From positions 1 to 62,875 of the forward strand of contig JAHIFQ010000014.1 in the NCBI GenBank assembly GCA_018900835.1: a stretch of 62,875 nucleotides of DNA. Reading direction: 5' to 3'. Position 1 is the first letter of the stretch, and each line of letters begins with the position of its first letter. The notes beneath the pieces are model-generated. The model had not been told where the DNA came from. It made no database searches and was given only the letters and a program-made list of their open reading frames with translations. The translations under genes were made by a program, and so were the position numbers. Shown here piece after piece: positions 47,001-54,277 of this stretch. This stretch comes from Patescibacteria group bacterium (GTDB lineage Bacteria > Patescibacteriota > Minisyncoccia > Minisyncoccales > PEYH01).

Positions 47001-48807
47001 CTCAAGCGATAAAAGTTTGGCGCGGAAATTATCTCCAGACGAAAATGGTTATTTACGATATATAGATACTGATGATAATTATAATGATTTTGAAGAACAG
47101 GAATCTACTCCTAAACAGCAGAACCAATCTGCTTATTCTGATTTAGATAACGATGGCATAATAGATGAGTATGACCCTGTGACAGAAATTTCAAGTGATA
47201 TAATTCTTCCTGCAGGAGAGTATATATTCAAGGACTTGGTTATTATTCAAGGATTCGGCTTGTTCGCTGGTTCAGATATTTTATTGGAAGGGTTTAAGGG
47301 AGTTAAGATAACAGCAGACAATATTAATATTAATGAAGACGCTGGCATTTTTGCCGACAATAATGGCTATGCTTCAGACCAAGGACCTGGAGTAAGTATC
47401 GCAAGCCAGACAGGAGCAAGCCATGGAGGAGTTGGAGGAAGGAATGAAGGTGATCCGAAACTATTTATTTATGGAGATTTAGAATTTCCTATTGAACCAG
47501 GGTCTGGGGCTTTAGGCAATCCTGAAGTTCCGCGCTTAAGTCCGTATCGGCCAGGAGGAGCAGGCGGAGGAGCTATTGTTTTAGATGTTCAAGGAGAGTT
47601 GTTGAATAATGGTTTTATCTCGGCCAATGGAGAGGACGGACTCCCTCATGTTACAAGTTATGCTTCCACTGGCGCTGGAAGTGGCGGTTCTGTTTATATA
47701 ACAACAAGCGTCTTATCAGGGACAGGCATTGTTAGGGTAAATGGCGGCGGGTCTTCGCGTAGCTCCGGGGCTGGCGGAGGCGGAAGAATTGCGGTCTATT
47801 ATGATACGAATAATTTTGCTGGGAATATTCAAGCATTCGGCGGAGAGGATGCTAATAATATTCTTAATGGAGGTCCGGGAACTGTTTTTATGAGTCAGGG
47901 AGAAATAGGAAATTTGGTTATTGATAATAATGCACGAGAGGGAGTGACAGCTTTGAGTAATGATAGTTATGTTTTTGGCGATATAATTGTTAGTGGAGGC
48001 GCAAATTTTTATCTGCCTGACCAGTTGAGTTGCGCGAATTTTGATGTTCAAAACAGCGCTGTTTTAATAGCAATAGATAATGCAACAATAAATATTAGTA
48101 ATGCGTTTAATTTAAATCAATCTCAACTTATTGGCGAAAACCAAAAAATCGTGACTATTGAAGGTAATGAAATCACATTAGTAGAGAGTGAAATCTTGGC
48201 AAATGTTTTTGTTCAAACCAACTCTTTGACAATAGATAGCGGTTCTGCGATTTTATCCACAGGCCTTGGTTATGTTTTTGAAGAAGGCCCTGGAGCTGGG
48301 ATTAATGCTTATGGTGGGAGTTATGGTGGATTGGGAGGCAGAAATTATGAATCATCCGGATTTGGACAACCATATGGGATTGAGGAAATGCCAGATGATT
48401 TTGGTTCGGGCGGAGGAAATGGAAACGAAGTTAGAAAAGGAGAGAGTGGCGGCGGGAAAATTATTATAATTAGCGTAGGCGAAATTGTTATTGACGGTGC
48501 GATTTCATCTAACGGTAATAATGGTCTTCCGCATATTACGAGCTATCCAGCGAGCGGAGCTGGAAGCGGAGGAACTATTTATCTTTCTGCCAGCGTTGTT
48601 AATGGTGTGGGTACTGTGTCTGCGAATGGAGGGTCAGCGTCTTCAATCGGTGGTGGAGGCGGAGGAGGAAGAATTGCGATTTATGGAAATATAGGTGGTT
48701 TTACTGGAATTATTGAGGCGCTTGGAGGAAAGAATTCAACAAATGCGTATTACGACGGAGAGGATGGAACAGTATTTTTGGGTTCTGGCGATTTTGAACC
48801 GAATTAA
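44086..48807 (+). CDS. Giant secreted/surface protein with three lamin-tail domains, acidic linkers and a duplicated Gly-rich beta-helix-like C-terminus
   Basis: Start at the ATG after the GGGAGG SD. LTD signatures INEVCAG...NEFIEIYNP, INEIAWMG...NEWIELKN, ISEVRAAGIEEFIEIYNP. D/E/G linkers, a DLDNDGIIDEYDP Ca-binding-like motif, and two GAGSGG...GGGGRIA(V/I)Y modules. Confidence 0.8.
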   Translation: MKKIYFSLIFLILLLGSFLFRPLSIFAIDNKELTQEELDSYIKLSDTDRRDILNTLPQVFTEEWMDSIVRVAIPEKEAISLIIRQAVRGHMRDYLLIEGPRDVGIEIVKLGFKIGQMFLTKNISISDLISELEKLTIKESVNYLSQWLKEKEIKIATGNLDFSYDNFQNKKEKHQFQYIILYSPETDDTGEMVIKIFSSEQMSAPGSFGSFAGGWGTAWNYTNEYAQGKKIAPFILTIRGEMERARVGYWQSEITHNYSWKYQPEIELEFPRTVPYFDFREKGFFEKLGDQIKEFFGRIGDLFSGASLTGVPDIEKNQDGTIDLSADSALGKFIANILEQFRAFRSLLGQAQLDALENQVQDTMTEDDLLALLEKIESLQAQLAAMGEKINLLQAGVGTSSDTTELNPAQNQQTKQNILINEVCAGINNSQNEFIEIYNPNNTPIDISDDSFQLQLVSSSDNVTKKKITWTKNIIPAKGYFLLIGGELIINNEKIQGDAVFSSQLTSVSGIILSDKEGNILDKVSWGSPEKSPPQSAVEKRGKILQKGLETNNSLERSNYIDTNNNSADFSLNESPSPANSLGEEFIYTIQGQGGNGNGDDGDGDGEEEDGQSENSDQQQNISGGGSSNRPICSQDRLDSPANSPIIINEIAWMGSEAGYINEWIELKNISDSAINLENWQLLDKAENIRITFSANHAIPAHGFYLLERSDDEVVPSVSADVIYTGALANSNESLRLFNSNCDLIDEVMASPDWSAGDNDTKQTMERGDDLLWHDYSGQGSDGIMGTPRAENSEIIINNQGENNEDEEDDGDDGDDEDEEDDGDDEDDEDDGSGDDSVSAIGLVISEVRAAGIEEFIEIYNPLEQEISLVGFYFSYFSAGRDWNNPFLNKEFPTSTPVIGAKEYFLIGLGDYLEEESDWKPNQTNLSSDNGAVALFSCDPSQATTTQMAIDCKIDAVGWGEPLVFETQAATSSSDKSLARKLSPDENGYLRYIDTDDNYNDFEEQESTPKQQNQSAYSDLDNDGIIDEYDPVTEISSDIILPAGEYIFKDLVIIQGFGLFAGSDILLEGFKGVKITADNININEDAGIFADNNGYASDQGPGVSIASQTGASHGGVGGRNEGDPKLFIYGDLEFPIEPGSGALGNPEVPRLSPYRPGGAGGGAIVLDVQGELLNNGFISANGEDGLPHVTSYASTGAGSGGSVYITTSVLSGTGIVRVNGGGSSRSSGAGGGGRIAVYYDTNNFAGNIQAFGGEDANNILNGGPGTVFMSQGEIGNLVIDNNAREGVTALSNDSYVFGDIIVSGGANFYLPDQLSCANFDVQNSAVLIAIDNATINISNAFNLNQSQLIGENQKIVTIEGNEITLVESEILANVFVQTNSLTIDSGSAILSTGLGYVFEEGPGAGINAYGGSYGGLGGRNYESSGFGQPYGIEEMPDDFGSGGGNGNEVRKGESGGGKIIIISVGEIVIDGAISSNGNNGLPHITSYPASGAGSGGTIYLSASVVNGVGTVSANGGSASSIGGGGGGGRIAIYGNIGGFTGIIEALGGKNSTNAYYDGEDGTVFLGSGDFEPN

Positions 48808-48838
48808 ACGACCAAATTAAACAATCGACTAAAAACAA

Positions 48839-48949
48839 ATTACGAGGCCGGGCCTCGTAATTTTCGTGAAATGGCGGAAGCCATACCAGTATTGAGGATT
48901 CTCACAACCCGCCCTGGGCGGGTAATTTTTGGGGGAAAGTTATCCACAG
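48839..48949 (+). repeat. Dual-hairpin REP-like element copy (e), ends in TTATCCACA
   Basis: 111 nt, 31 nt after the giant gene stop. Confidence 0.92.
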
Positions 48950-49089
48950 GGGTAGATGGCGAGTTTTAAAATTTTTGGACTTGTAATTTTTAATTTTGGA
49001 ATTTTTGACATTGTAATTTTTTGGGTCAGCATCTTTGCCTCATACAATATTCGCTTTTTTATATTATCTTTGTTAGAATAATATTTACT

Positions 49090-50199
49090 ATGAATACAGA
49101 TAATCTTAAACCAGAATATGTCATCACAGTTACAGATTCCAATATCGGGATGGAGGGTTATTTAGTTATTGATAATACTTTATTAGGACCTGGGAAGGGT
49201 GGAATAAGGATGACGCCAGAAGTTACATTAGAGGAGGTTGCTAGATTGGCCAGAGTAATGACTTGGAAAAATGCTTTAGCTGGAATACCTTTTGGCGGCG
49301 CAAAAGCTGGTATCAAATGGAATGGCGGTCCTGATGAATTAAAAAAACAATTTATAGAGAGTTTTGCGAAAAAGATTAAAATGTTTATTCCGAATCTATA
49401 TATTGCAGGACCAGATGTGAATACTGGAGAAAAGGAAATGAAATGGTTTATTGAAGCCACTGGAATATTTAAGTCAGCAACTGGTAAGCCAATCACTTGT
49501 TGCGAGGGTGTAGGTTGCGGCATTCCTCACGAAGTTGGAAGTACTGGCTTTGGCGTAGCTCAAGCAACTAAGGTTGCGGCAAGCATCTTGGGTATTGATA
49601 TTAAAGGAGCTACTGTTTCTATCCATGGTTTTGGAAATGTTGGTACTTTTGTATATAAGTTTTTGACAGAAATGGGAGCCAAGATTATAGCCATAGCAGA
49701 CAAAGATACTGTGCTTTATTCACAAGATGGTTTTGAGCATAATCTAATAAATGAAATTATAGATAAAAAACAAGGACTGATTGATTATGCTGGAAAAGCA
49801 GAAAGATTATCGCATGAGAAATTTTGGAAAATTCCAGTAGACATTATGATCCCAGCATCAGTGACAGATGTGATTCATAAAGGAAATAAGGATGATATAA
49901 GAACTAAAATGATAATAGAAGGGGCTAATATTCCTATGACTGAAGAAATAGAAGAAGAGTTAGGACAAAGAGGAATATTGGTGGTTCCAGATTTTGTTGC
50001 TAATGCAGGAGGAGTTATTTCCTCTTATTCAGAACATGCTGGCCATAGCATAGAAGAAATGTTTGAATCTGTAAGAGAAAAGATAACTAATATTACTCAA
50101 AGCGTATGTGAAAGTTGTTTAAAATATAAACATAATCCTCGAAAAGTTGCCTTAAGTATTGCGCAAGAAAGATTGAAGCAATGTAATAAAGAACTGTAA
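49090..50199 (+). CDS. gdh: Glutamate (Glu/Leu/Phe/Val family) dehydrogenase
   Basis: Start at MNTDNLKPEY. GPGKGGIRM catalytic Lys region and GFGNVG dinucleotide fold. Confidence 0.9.
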   Translation: MNTDNLKPEYVITVTDSNIGMEGYLVIDNTLLGPGKGGIRMTPEVTLEEVARLARVMTWKNALAGIPFGGAKAGIKWNGGPDELKKQFIESFAKKIKMFIPNLYIAGPDVNTGEKEMKWFIEATGIFKSATGKPITCCEGVGCGIPHEVGSTGFGVAQATKVAASILGIDIKGATVSIHGFGNVGTFVYKFLTEMGAKIIAIADKDTVLYSQDGFEHNLINEIIDKKQGLIDYAGKAERLSHEKFWKIPVDIMIPASVTDVIHKGNKDDIRTKMIIEGANIPMTEEIEEELGQRGILVVPDFVANAGGVISSYSEHAGHSIEEMFESVREKITNITQSVCESCLKYKHNPRKVALSIAQERLKQCNKEL

Positions 50200-50337
50200 C
50201 CCGCCCGGGGCGGGTAATTTTTATCTGTAACGAGGCCGGGCCTCGTAATTTTCGTGAAATGGCGGAAGCCATACCAGTATTGAGGATTCTCACAACCCGC
50301 CCTGGGCGGGTAATTTTTGGGGAAAAGTTATCCACAG
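50200..50337 (+). repeat. Solo hairpin-2 unit plus dual-hairpin REP-like element copy (f), ends in TTATCCACA
   Basis: cccgcccggggcgggtaattttt abuts the gdh stop. A full copy follows (taacgaggccgggcctcgtaat...gttatccacag). Confidence 0.88.
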
Positions 50338-50466
50338 CCATTTTTTCGTCATTTTTTCGTAATTCTTTCTAATTTTTTCGTAATTCTTTCGATCGTTTTA
50401 ATTAAGATAAAATTTGCTCCAGTTCTGCCGAGATCATTTCTCGGCAAGATTGTTTTTATAAAATTG

Positions 50467-50494
50467 TTGACTTTGGATGATATGTGAGTAATAT
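50467..50494 (+). promoter_or_regulatory. Putative sigma70-type promoter of the orphan gene
   Basis: TTGACT-N16-TAATAT, about 50 nt upstream of a strong AAGGAGG SD. Confidence 0.45.
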
Positions 50495-50545
50495 GACAAT
50501 TACAATAAGATTTTCAAAAATTTCATTGTACCAAAAGGAGGAAAG

Positions 50546-50929
50546 ATGTTAGGAAAGAGAGTTTTTTTAGCGAATGATACTATGAGGGGTAGGCCAAGCG
50601 AGAGAGTTTCTCTTCGGTTCGATATGAAGGATACTATTGATCTTGCTTGCGATTGCGTATATCCTGCACAGGTTTACCATCGCCCCAAGGAATTGAGAGT
50701 ACTCAAGTCGATCGAGGTAAGAGTTGGCGATAATGTCTGGCAACCATACCCAACTATTTCCTGGCTCGATGGGGTCGAGCGCCCTAAACAGCTCGTTACA
50801 AAATCTGTAGTGGTGACTAAAGAAGGAAAGCCATTAGTAGTCAGCACTCAAAACGGAAAGCTGGACGAGACGCTGACAAGAGAAGCGGAGAAAGAAGGAG
50901 TCTGCGTTGAATATCTTGACGGATTGTGA
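50546..50929 (+). CDS. Hypothetical 127-aa protein, GC-richer than its surroundings
   Basis: AAGGAGGAAAG SD 3 nt before the ATG, with its own promoter and terminator. No recognisable family. Confidence 0.55.
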   Translation: MLGKRVFLANDTMRGRPSERVSLRFDMKDTIDLACDCVYPAQVYHRPKELRVLKSIEVRVGDNVWQPYPTISWLDGVERPKQLVTKSVVVTKEGKPLVVSTQNGKLDETLTREAEKEGVCVEYLDGL

Positions 50930-50962
50930 CCTATTACAAATCTGTCTTGGCATCTTGATGCC

Positions 50963-51006
50963 AACGCCTTCTGTGGTCCTCGGACCTCGGAAGGCGTTTT
51001 CTTTTA
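50963..51006 (+). terminator. Intrinsic terminator
   Basis: AACGCCTTC-N18-GAAGGCGTT followed by TTCTTTT. Confidence 0.7.
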
Positions 51007-51112
51007 GTTAAAAAATTTCTCTGTCCGCATTGTCCATTGCCTCAAAATCCAAAAGGTCTTTACAAAAACTTAAAATTGAGTAAAGTAAAGAAAGATAATT
51101 TAACATAAAAAT

Positions 51113-51694
51113 ATGGAGCTTGCTATGTTTCAACAAAGGAGAGGAGTTTTTACAATGGTCTTAGTAGTAGTGTTTGTGTTGGCAGTGGCTTCTACTTTTG
51201 TTTTTCTTAGATTCTCGGGAAAGCTCGCAGAATATAAGATAAATATGTTTTCCAGCATAGGCACAGATAATCTTGTCTTTAATGAGAGCGAGCAAGCAGA
51301 TGAGAAAGAGGATGCGTTTTCCATAGGCATCATTGATAATGGCGCGGAAGAAATCAGTAATATAGATAGTGGCAACGATATCCCTCTTATTATTTCCGCA
51401 GGAAAGAAATATGAAGAGGTTGCCAAAAGCGGAGATGGGATTACACATCTTGCACGAAGGGCTTTAAGAGAATATTTGGATGGAAGTTCGGTCAATCTTA
51501 ACGCAGAGCAAAAGATATTTTGCGAGGACTATATTCAGAATCGCATTGGCGAGAAAGAGATTAAAATAGGGGAAAGTATTGCAATTTCAGAGGATTTAAT
51601 AGCAGAGGCAGTGAATAAATCATTGGGATTGAGCGCAAGTGAGCTTGAAAACCTGAAGAATTTTACAGAATTGGTTTGGGACGCTGATTTCTGA
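51113..51694 (+). CDS. Hypothetical membrane-anchored protein
   Basis: 193 aa with an N-terminal TM helix and an acidic extracytoplasmic part. Confidence 0.5.
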   Translation: MELAMFQQRRGVFTMVLVVVFVLAVASTFVFLRFSGKLAEYKINMFSSIGTDNLVFNESEQADEKEDAFSIGIIDNGAEEISNIDSGNDIPLIISAGKKYEEVAKSGDGITHLARRALREYLDGSSVNLNAEQKIFCEDYIQNRIGEKEIKIGESIAISEDLIAEAVNKSLGLSASELENLKNFTELVWDADF

Positions 51695-51723
51695 ACTTAT
51701 TGAATACCTTTTATTTTTTAACT

Positions 51724-52350
51724 ATGTTCTACAAGGAGGACACTATAAGATTAACAGTTGCTGTGTATCAGGTGACTGGGATTTTTCCTGAAAATGAGCC
51801 CTTAATAGCTCAAATCAGGCAAAAAGCTAATAATGTTTTAGCTGATTTTATCTGTCTGCGGATGAATCCGGGCAACAAAAAAAATATCAGCAAAGGAATT
51901 GAGGTGCTTTTTGCCTATTTTTCCATAGCTGAAAAGCAGAACTGGATTGATAGCAAGAATTTTTTGGTTTTAAGGCGAGAATATAGCAAAATATTGGATT
52001 TTATAAGGAGTTTGCCTGAAAATCCTGTGAAAATAGCAAGAAAAGAAGTAAAAATAATTGAGAAAACGAGTTATCCACAGGTAACTGTGGATAAGAGAGT
52101 GGATAAACAGGTGGATAAGAAACAGGAAAACAGAAATGTTAGCAGGGCTTCGTCTAATCCTTCTGTAAGGCAAAAACAGGTTTTAGAATTGATTAAAACT
52201 AAGAATCAGCTTTCTTTGTCAGAAATCAAGAGTATGTTTTCTTCCTTAAGTTCCAGAACATTGCGTCGGGACTTGAGTTCATTGGTTGATAAGGGGGCAA
52301 TAGACAGAATCAGGGAGGGCAGAGATGATGTTTTATATGTTTTAAAATGA
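51724..52350 (+). CDS. Four-helix-bundle (23S-IVS-protein-like) N-domain fused to a DeoR-like winged HTH
   Basis: C-terminal LSLSEIKSMFSSLSSRTLRRDLSSLVDKGAI. The linker VDKRVDKQVDKK is encoded by a DnaA-box array. The start could be 51700 (TTG). Confidence 0.55.
   Translation: MFYKEDTIRLTVAVYQVTGIFPENEPLIAQIRQKANNVLADFICLRMNPGNKKNISKGIEVLFAYFSIAEKQNWIDSKNFLVLRREYSKILDFIRSLPENPVKIARKEVKIIEKTSYPQVTVDKRVDKQVDKKQENRNVSRASSNPSVRQKQVLELIKTKNQLSLSEIKSMFSSLSSRTLRRDLSSLVDKGAIDRIREGRDDVLYVLK
52071..52118. promoter_or_regulatory. Array of four DnaA-box-like 9-mers inside a CDS, including a perfect inverted pair
   Basis: TTATCCACAG-GTAA-CTGTGGATAA (52071-52094), then GTGGATAA at 52099 and 52111 with 12-nt spacing. 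Confidence 0.6.
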
Positions 52351-52387
52351 AATTGGATTGCGGACAGATGTCGGACATAAAATATAG

Positions 52388-52418
52388 TTGTCCACAATGT
52401 GTCCACAAGTTATCCACA
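52388..52418 (+). promoter_or_regulatory. Three same-orientation DnaA-box-like sites at 11-nt spacing upstream of the sigma factor gene
   Basis: TTGTCCACA (52388), GTGTCCACA (52399), TTATCCACA (52410). Ends 34 nt before the ATG at 52452. Confidence 0.55.
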
Positions 52419-52451
52419 TGTCCAGAAAATTATCCGGGCATTATTGTTTAA

Positions 52452-52955
52452 ATGATAATGGATAAAAAGCAGAAAAAATTTAGCAAGATATACGATAGCT
52501 ATGTAGGGAGCATCTATCGTTTCATTTCTATTAAAGTCAATTCTCAGGAAATTGCCGAGGATTTGACTTCTGAAGTGTTTTTAAAAACATGGAAGAGTTT
52601 TCAACAGCAAAATAAAATCAAAAATCCAAGGGCATATCTTTATACCACTGCCCGGCATATAGTCATTGATTTTTACAGGACCAATAAAGAAGATAGGACA
52701 ATATCAATTGAAGATGTTAGAGAGATAGAGGATATAGCCATTCCAATAGAAGCGCAGGAAAGCCATGATGCTACCATGGAAATCGTAAAACAAGGGCTCA
52801 ACGCGCTTAAAGAGGATTATCAAAATGTCGTTATTTGGCGGTATGTGGATGGATTGTCTATTAATGAAATCGCTAAAATACTTGGAAAATCCAATGGAGC
52901 GACAAGAGTATTGATTCATAGGGCAATGGAACAGCTAAAAGAAAGAGTTCAGTAA
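52452..52955 (+). CDS. ECF-type RNA polymerase sigma-70 family factor
   Basis: 167 aa. Region 2 (PRAYLYTTARHIVIDFYR) and region 4 HTH (LSINEIAKILGKSNGATRVLIHRAM). Confidence 0.85.
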   Translation: MIMDKKQKKFSKIYDSYVGSIYRFISIKVNSQEIAEDLTSEVFLKTWKSFQQQNKIKNPRAYLYTTARHIVIDFYRTNKEDRTISIEDVREIEDIAIPIEAQESHDATMEIVKQGLNALKEDYQNVVIWRYVDGLSINEIAKILGKSNGATRVLIHRAMEQLKERVQ

Positions 52956-52956
52956 A

Positions 52957-53022
52957 ATTTTCAATTTCCAATTTCCAAGTTTCAATTTCCAAGTTTCAAG
53001 TTTTCAATTTACAATTTACAAC
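52957..53022 (+). repeat. T-rich heptanucleotide satellite (ttcaatt/tccaagt units)
   Basis: About 9 imperfect 7-nt units, read directly. Confidence 0.85.
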
Positions 53023-53071
53023 AAAGCTCCAATTTTGAAGTTTTCAAACCGTTTGTTTAGTGTTTTAGAAA

Positions 53072-53182
53072 ATTACGAGGCCGGGCCTCGTAATTTTCGT
53101 AAAACCCCGGAAGCCACGCTAGCATTGAGGATTCTCACAACCCGCCCTGGGCGGGTAATTTTTAGGGGAAAGTTATCCACAG
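53072..53182 (+). repeat. Dual-hairpin REP-like element copy (g), ends in TTATCCACA
   Basis: 111 nt. The central segment is diverged and both hairpins are intact. Confidence 0.9.
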
Positions 53183-53286
53183 GGTAAAAGCGTAAAATGT
53201 AAAGCGAAAAATGTAAAAGAAAAAACAAAAATATAAGGGAGAAAGCGTAAAGCGTAAAGCGAAAAGCGAAAAATGTGAAAGAAAAG
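53183..53286 (+). repeat. A-rich heptanucleotide satellite (gtaaaag/gcgtaaa/gcgaaaa units)
   Basis: Read directly. Abuts REP copy (g). Confidence 0.8.
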
Positions 53287-53408
53287 ACAATTTTAATTAA
53301 TTTTACTGTAACAATTGGGGTGTTTGTTCGTCTACTCTATAATAGAGAGTCAAAATCTGAAATTGCAGACCGATACTGAAAAAACGATATCCGATATATA
53401 TCGTTCAG

Positions 53409-53505
53409 AAATCCAAAACACAAAACACAAAAGCCAAAACACAAAAGCTAAAACACAAAAGCCAAAAGCTAAAAGCTAAAACACAAAACAAGAAAAGCGA
53501 AAAAG
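53409..53505 (+). repeat. A-rich heptanucleotide satellite (aaaacac/aaaagcc/aaaagct units)
   Basis: About 13 units, of the same family as the in-frame tracts in leuS and topA. Confidence 0.85.
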
Positions 53506-53551
53506 ATAATCATTATACTTTGATAAGAAAATAGAAAACAAATAGAAAAGT

Positions 53552-54277
53552 ATGGAAAACAAACAGATTATCGCACAATTAAAGGCATTAAGAGCAGTTA
53601 GCCCAGAGAAGGAATGGGTTGAGAATACCAAGTCCTTTGTTTTAAACAGCTTTCATTCAGAAGAAACCGCGCATAGCCGTGGCTTTTTGTTTTTTTTCCA
53701 GCCAGCCCGACTTATCCCGCTCGCAATTCCTGCATTTATAGTAATGATAGTGGCAGCAGGCATAACCGCGCATTTTTATCTGCAGACATTAAATGGAAAC
53801 AACATAACAGTTATTCCAACAGAAAATACCACAGCCACTTATTTGGTCTTGGCACAGACAAAGCTTGATAGCTTGGCAAAGCCAGGGGACATAAAAGAAG
53901 TGGCAGATATGTTGGACAAGGCAGTGAGCGGGATACAGTCAGCGTCAAAAGACCCTATAGAAACAGATAAAATTGTAAAATCAATCGCAGATATTAATAA
54001 GAAGGTAGAGGCATTGGGCGTGAACGAAGAAAATGCCGAGGAAATTGCTGAATTAAAAGACAAGGCAAGTGTTCTTTCCAGCAAAACAGCAGAAGCGCTT
54101 GAAGAGAATATCCAGAACACCACCAAAGAGCTTGTGAAGAATCTTATAGACAAGACAGAGGATTTGACACTTACCGACAAGCAGGCAGAACTGTTCAGCC
54201 AAGCGAAAACCGATTATAATAATGAAAATTTCAGCGCAGCATTGGAAAAGATTTTAATGCTTACGAATAATAAATAA
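53552..54277 (+). CDS. Single-pass membrane protein with coiled-coil ectodomain, possible anti-sigma factor
   Basis: 241 aa: about 50 cytoplasmic aa, then a TM helix (LIPLAIPAFIVMIVAAGITAHF). The function is inferred only from its position after the ECF sigma gene. Confidence 0.4.
   Translation: MENKQIIAQLKALRAVSPEKEWVENTKSFVLNSFHSEETAHSRGFLFFFQPARLIPLAIPAFIVMIVAAGITAHFYLQTLNGNNITVIPTENTTATYLVLAQTKLDSLAKPGDIKEVADMLDKAVSGIQSASKDPIETDKIVKSIADINKKVEALGVNEENAEEIAELKDKASVLSSKTAEALEENIQNTTKELVKNLIDKTEDLTLTDKQAELFSQAKTDYNNENFSAALEKILMLTNNK

Noticed and set aside
27550-53182. Integron-style attC sites delimiting cassettes
   Set aside because: The element has two independent local hairpins rather than the end-to-end R''/L''-L'/R' dyad with a GTTRRRY core. 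There is no intI gene. A Y1 transposase flanked by copies explains it better.
52071-53505. Chromosomal replication origin (DnaA-box clusters plus AT-rich repeat arrays)
   Set aside because: There is no dnaA or dnaN nearby. All genes from 21 kb to the window end stay on the plus strand, so there is no orientation switch at this locus. Most boxes ride on a dispersed repeat. A regulatory or titration role is more plausible, and only a whole-genome GC-skew analysis could revive the idea.
52957-53505. CRISPR array
   Set aside because: The repeats are contiguous 7-nt units without unique spacers of 25-40 nt, and there are no cas genes in the window.
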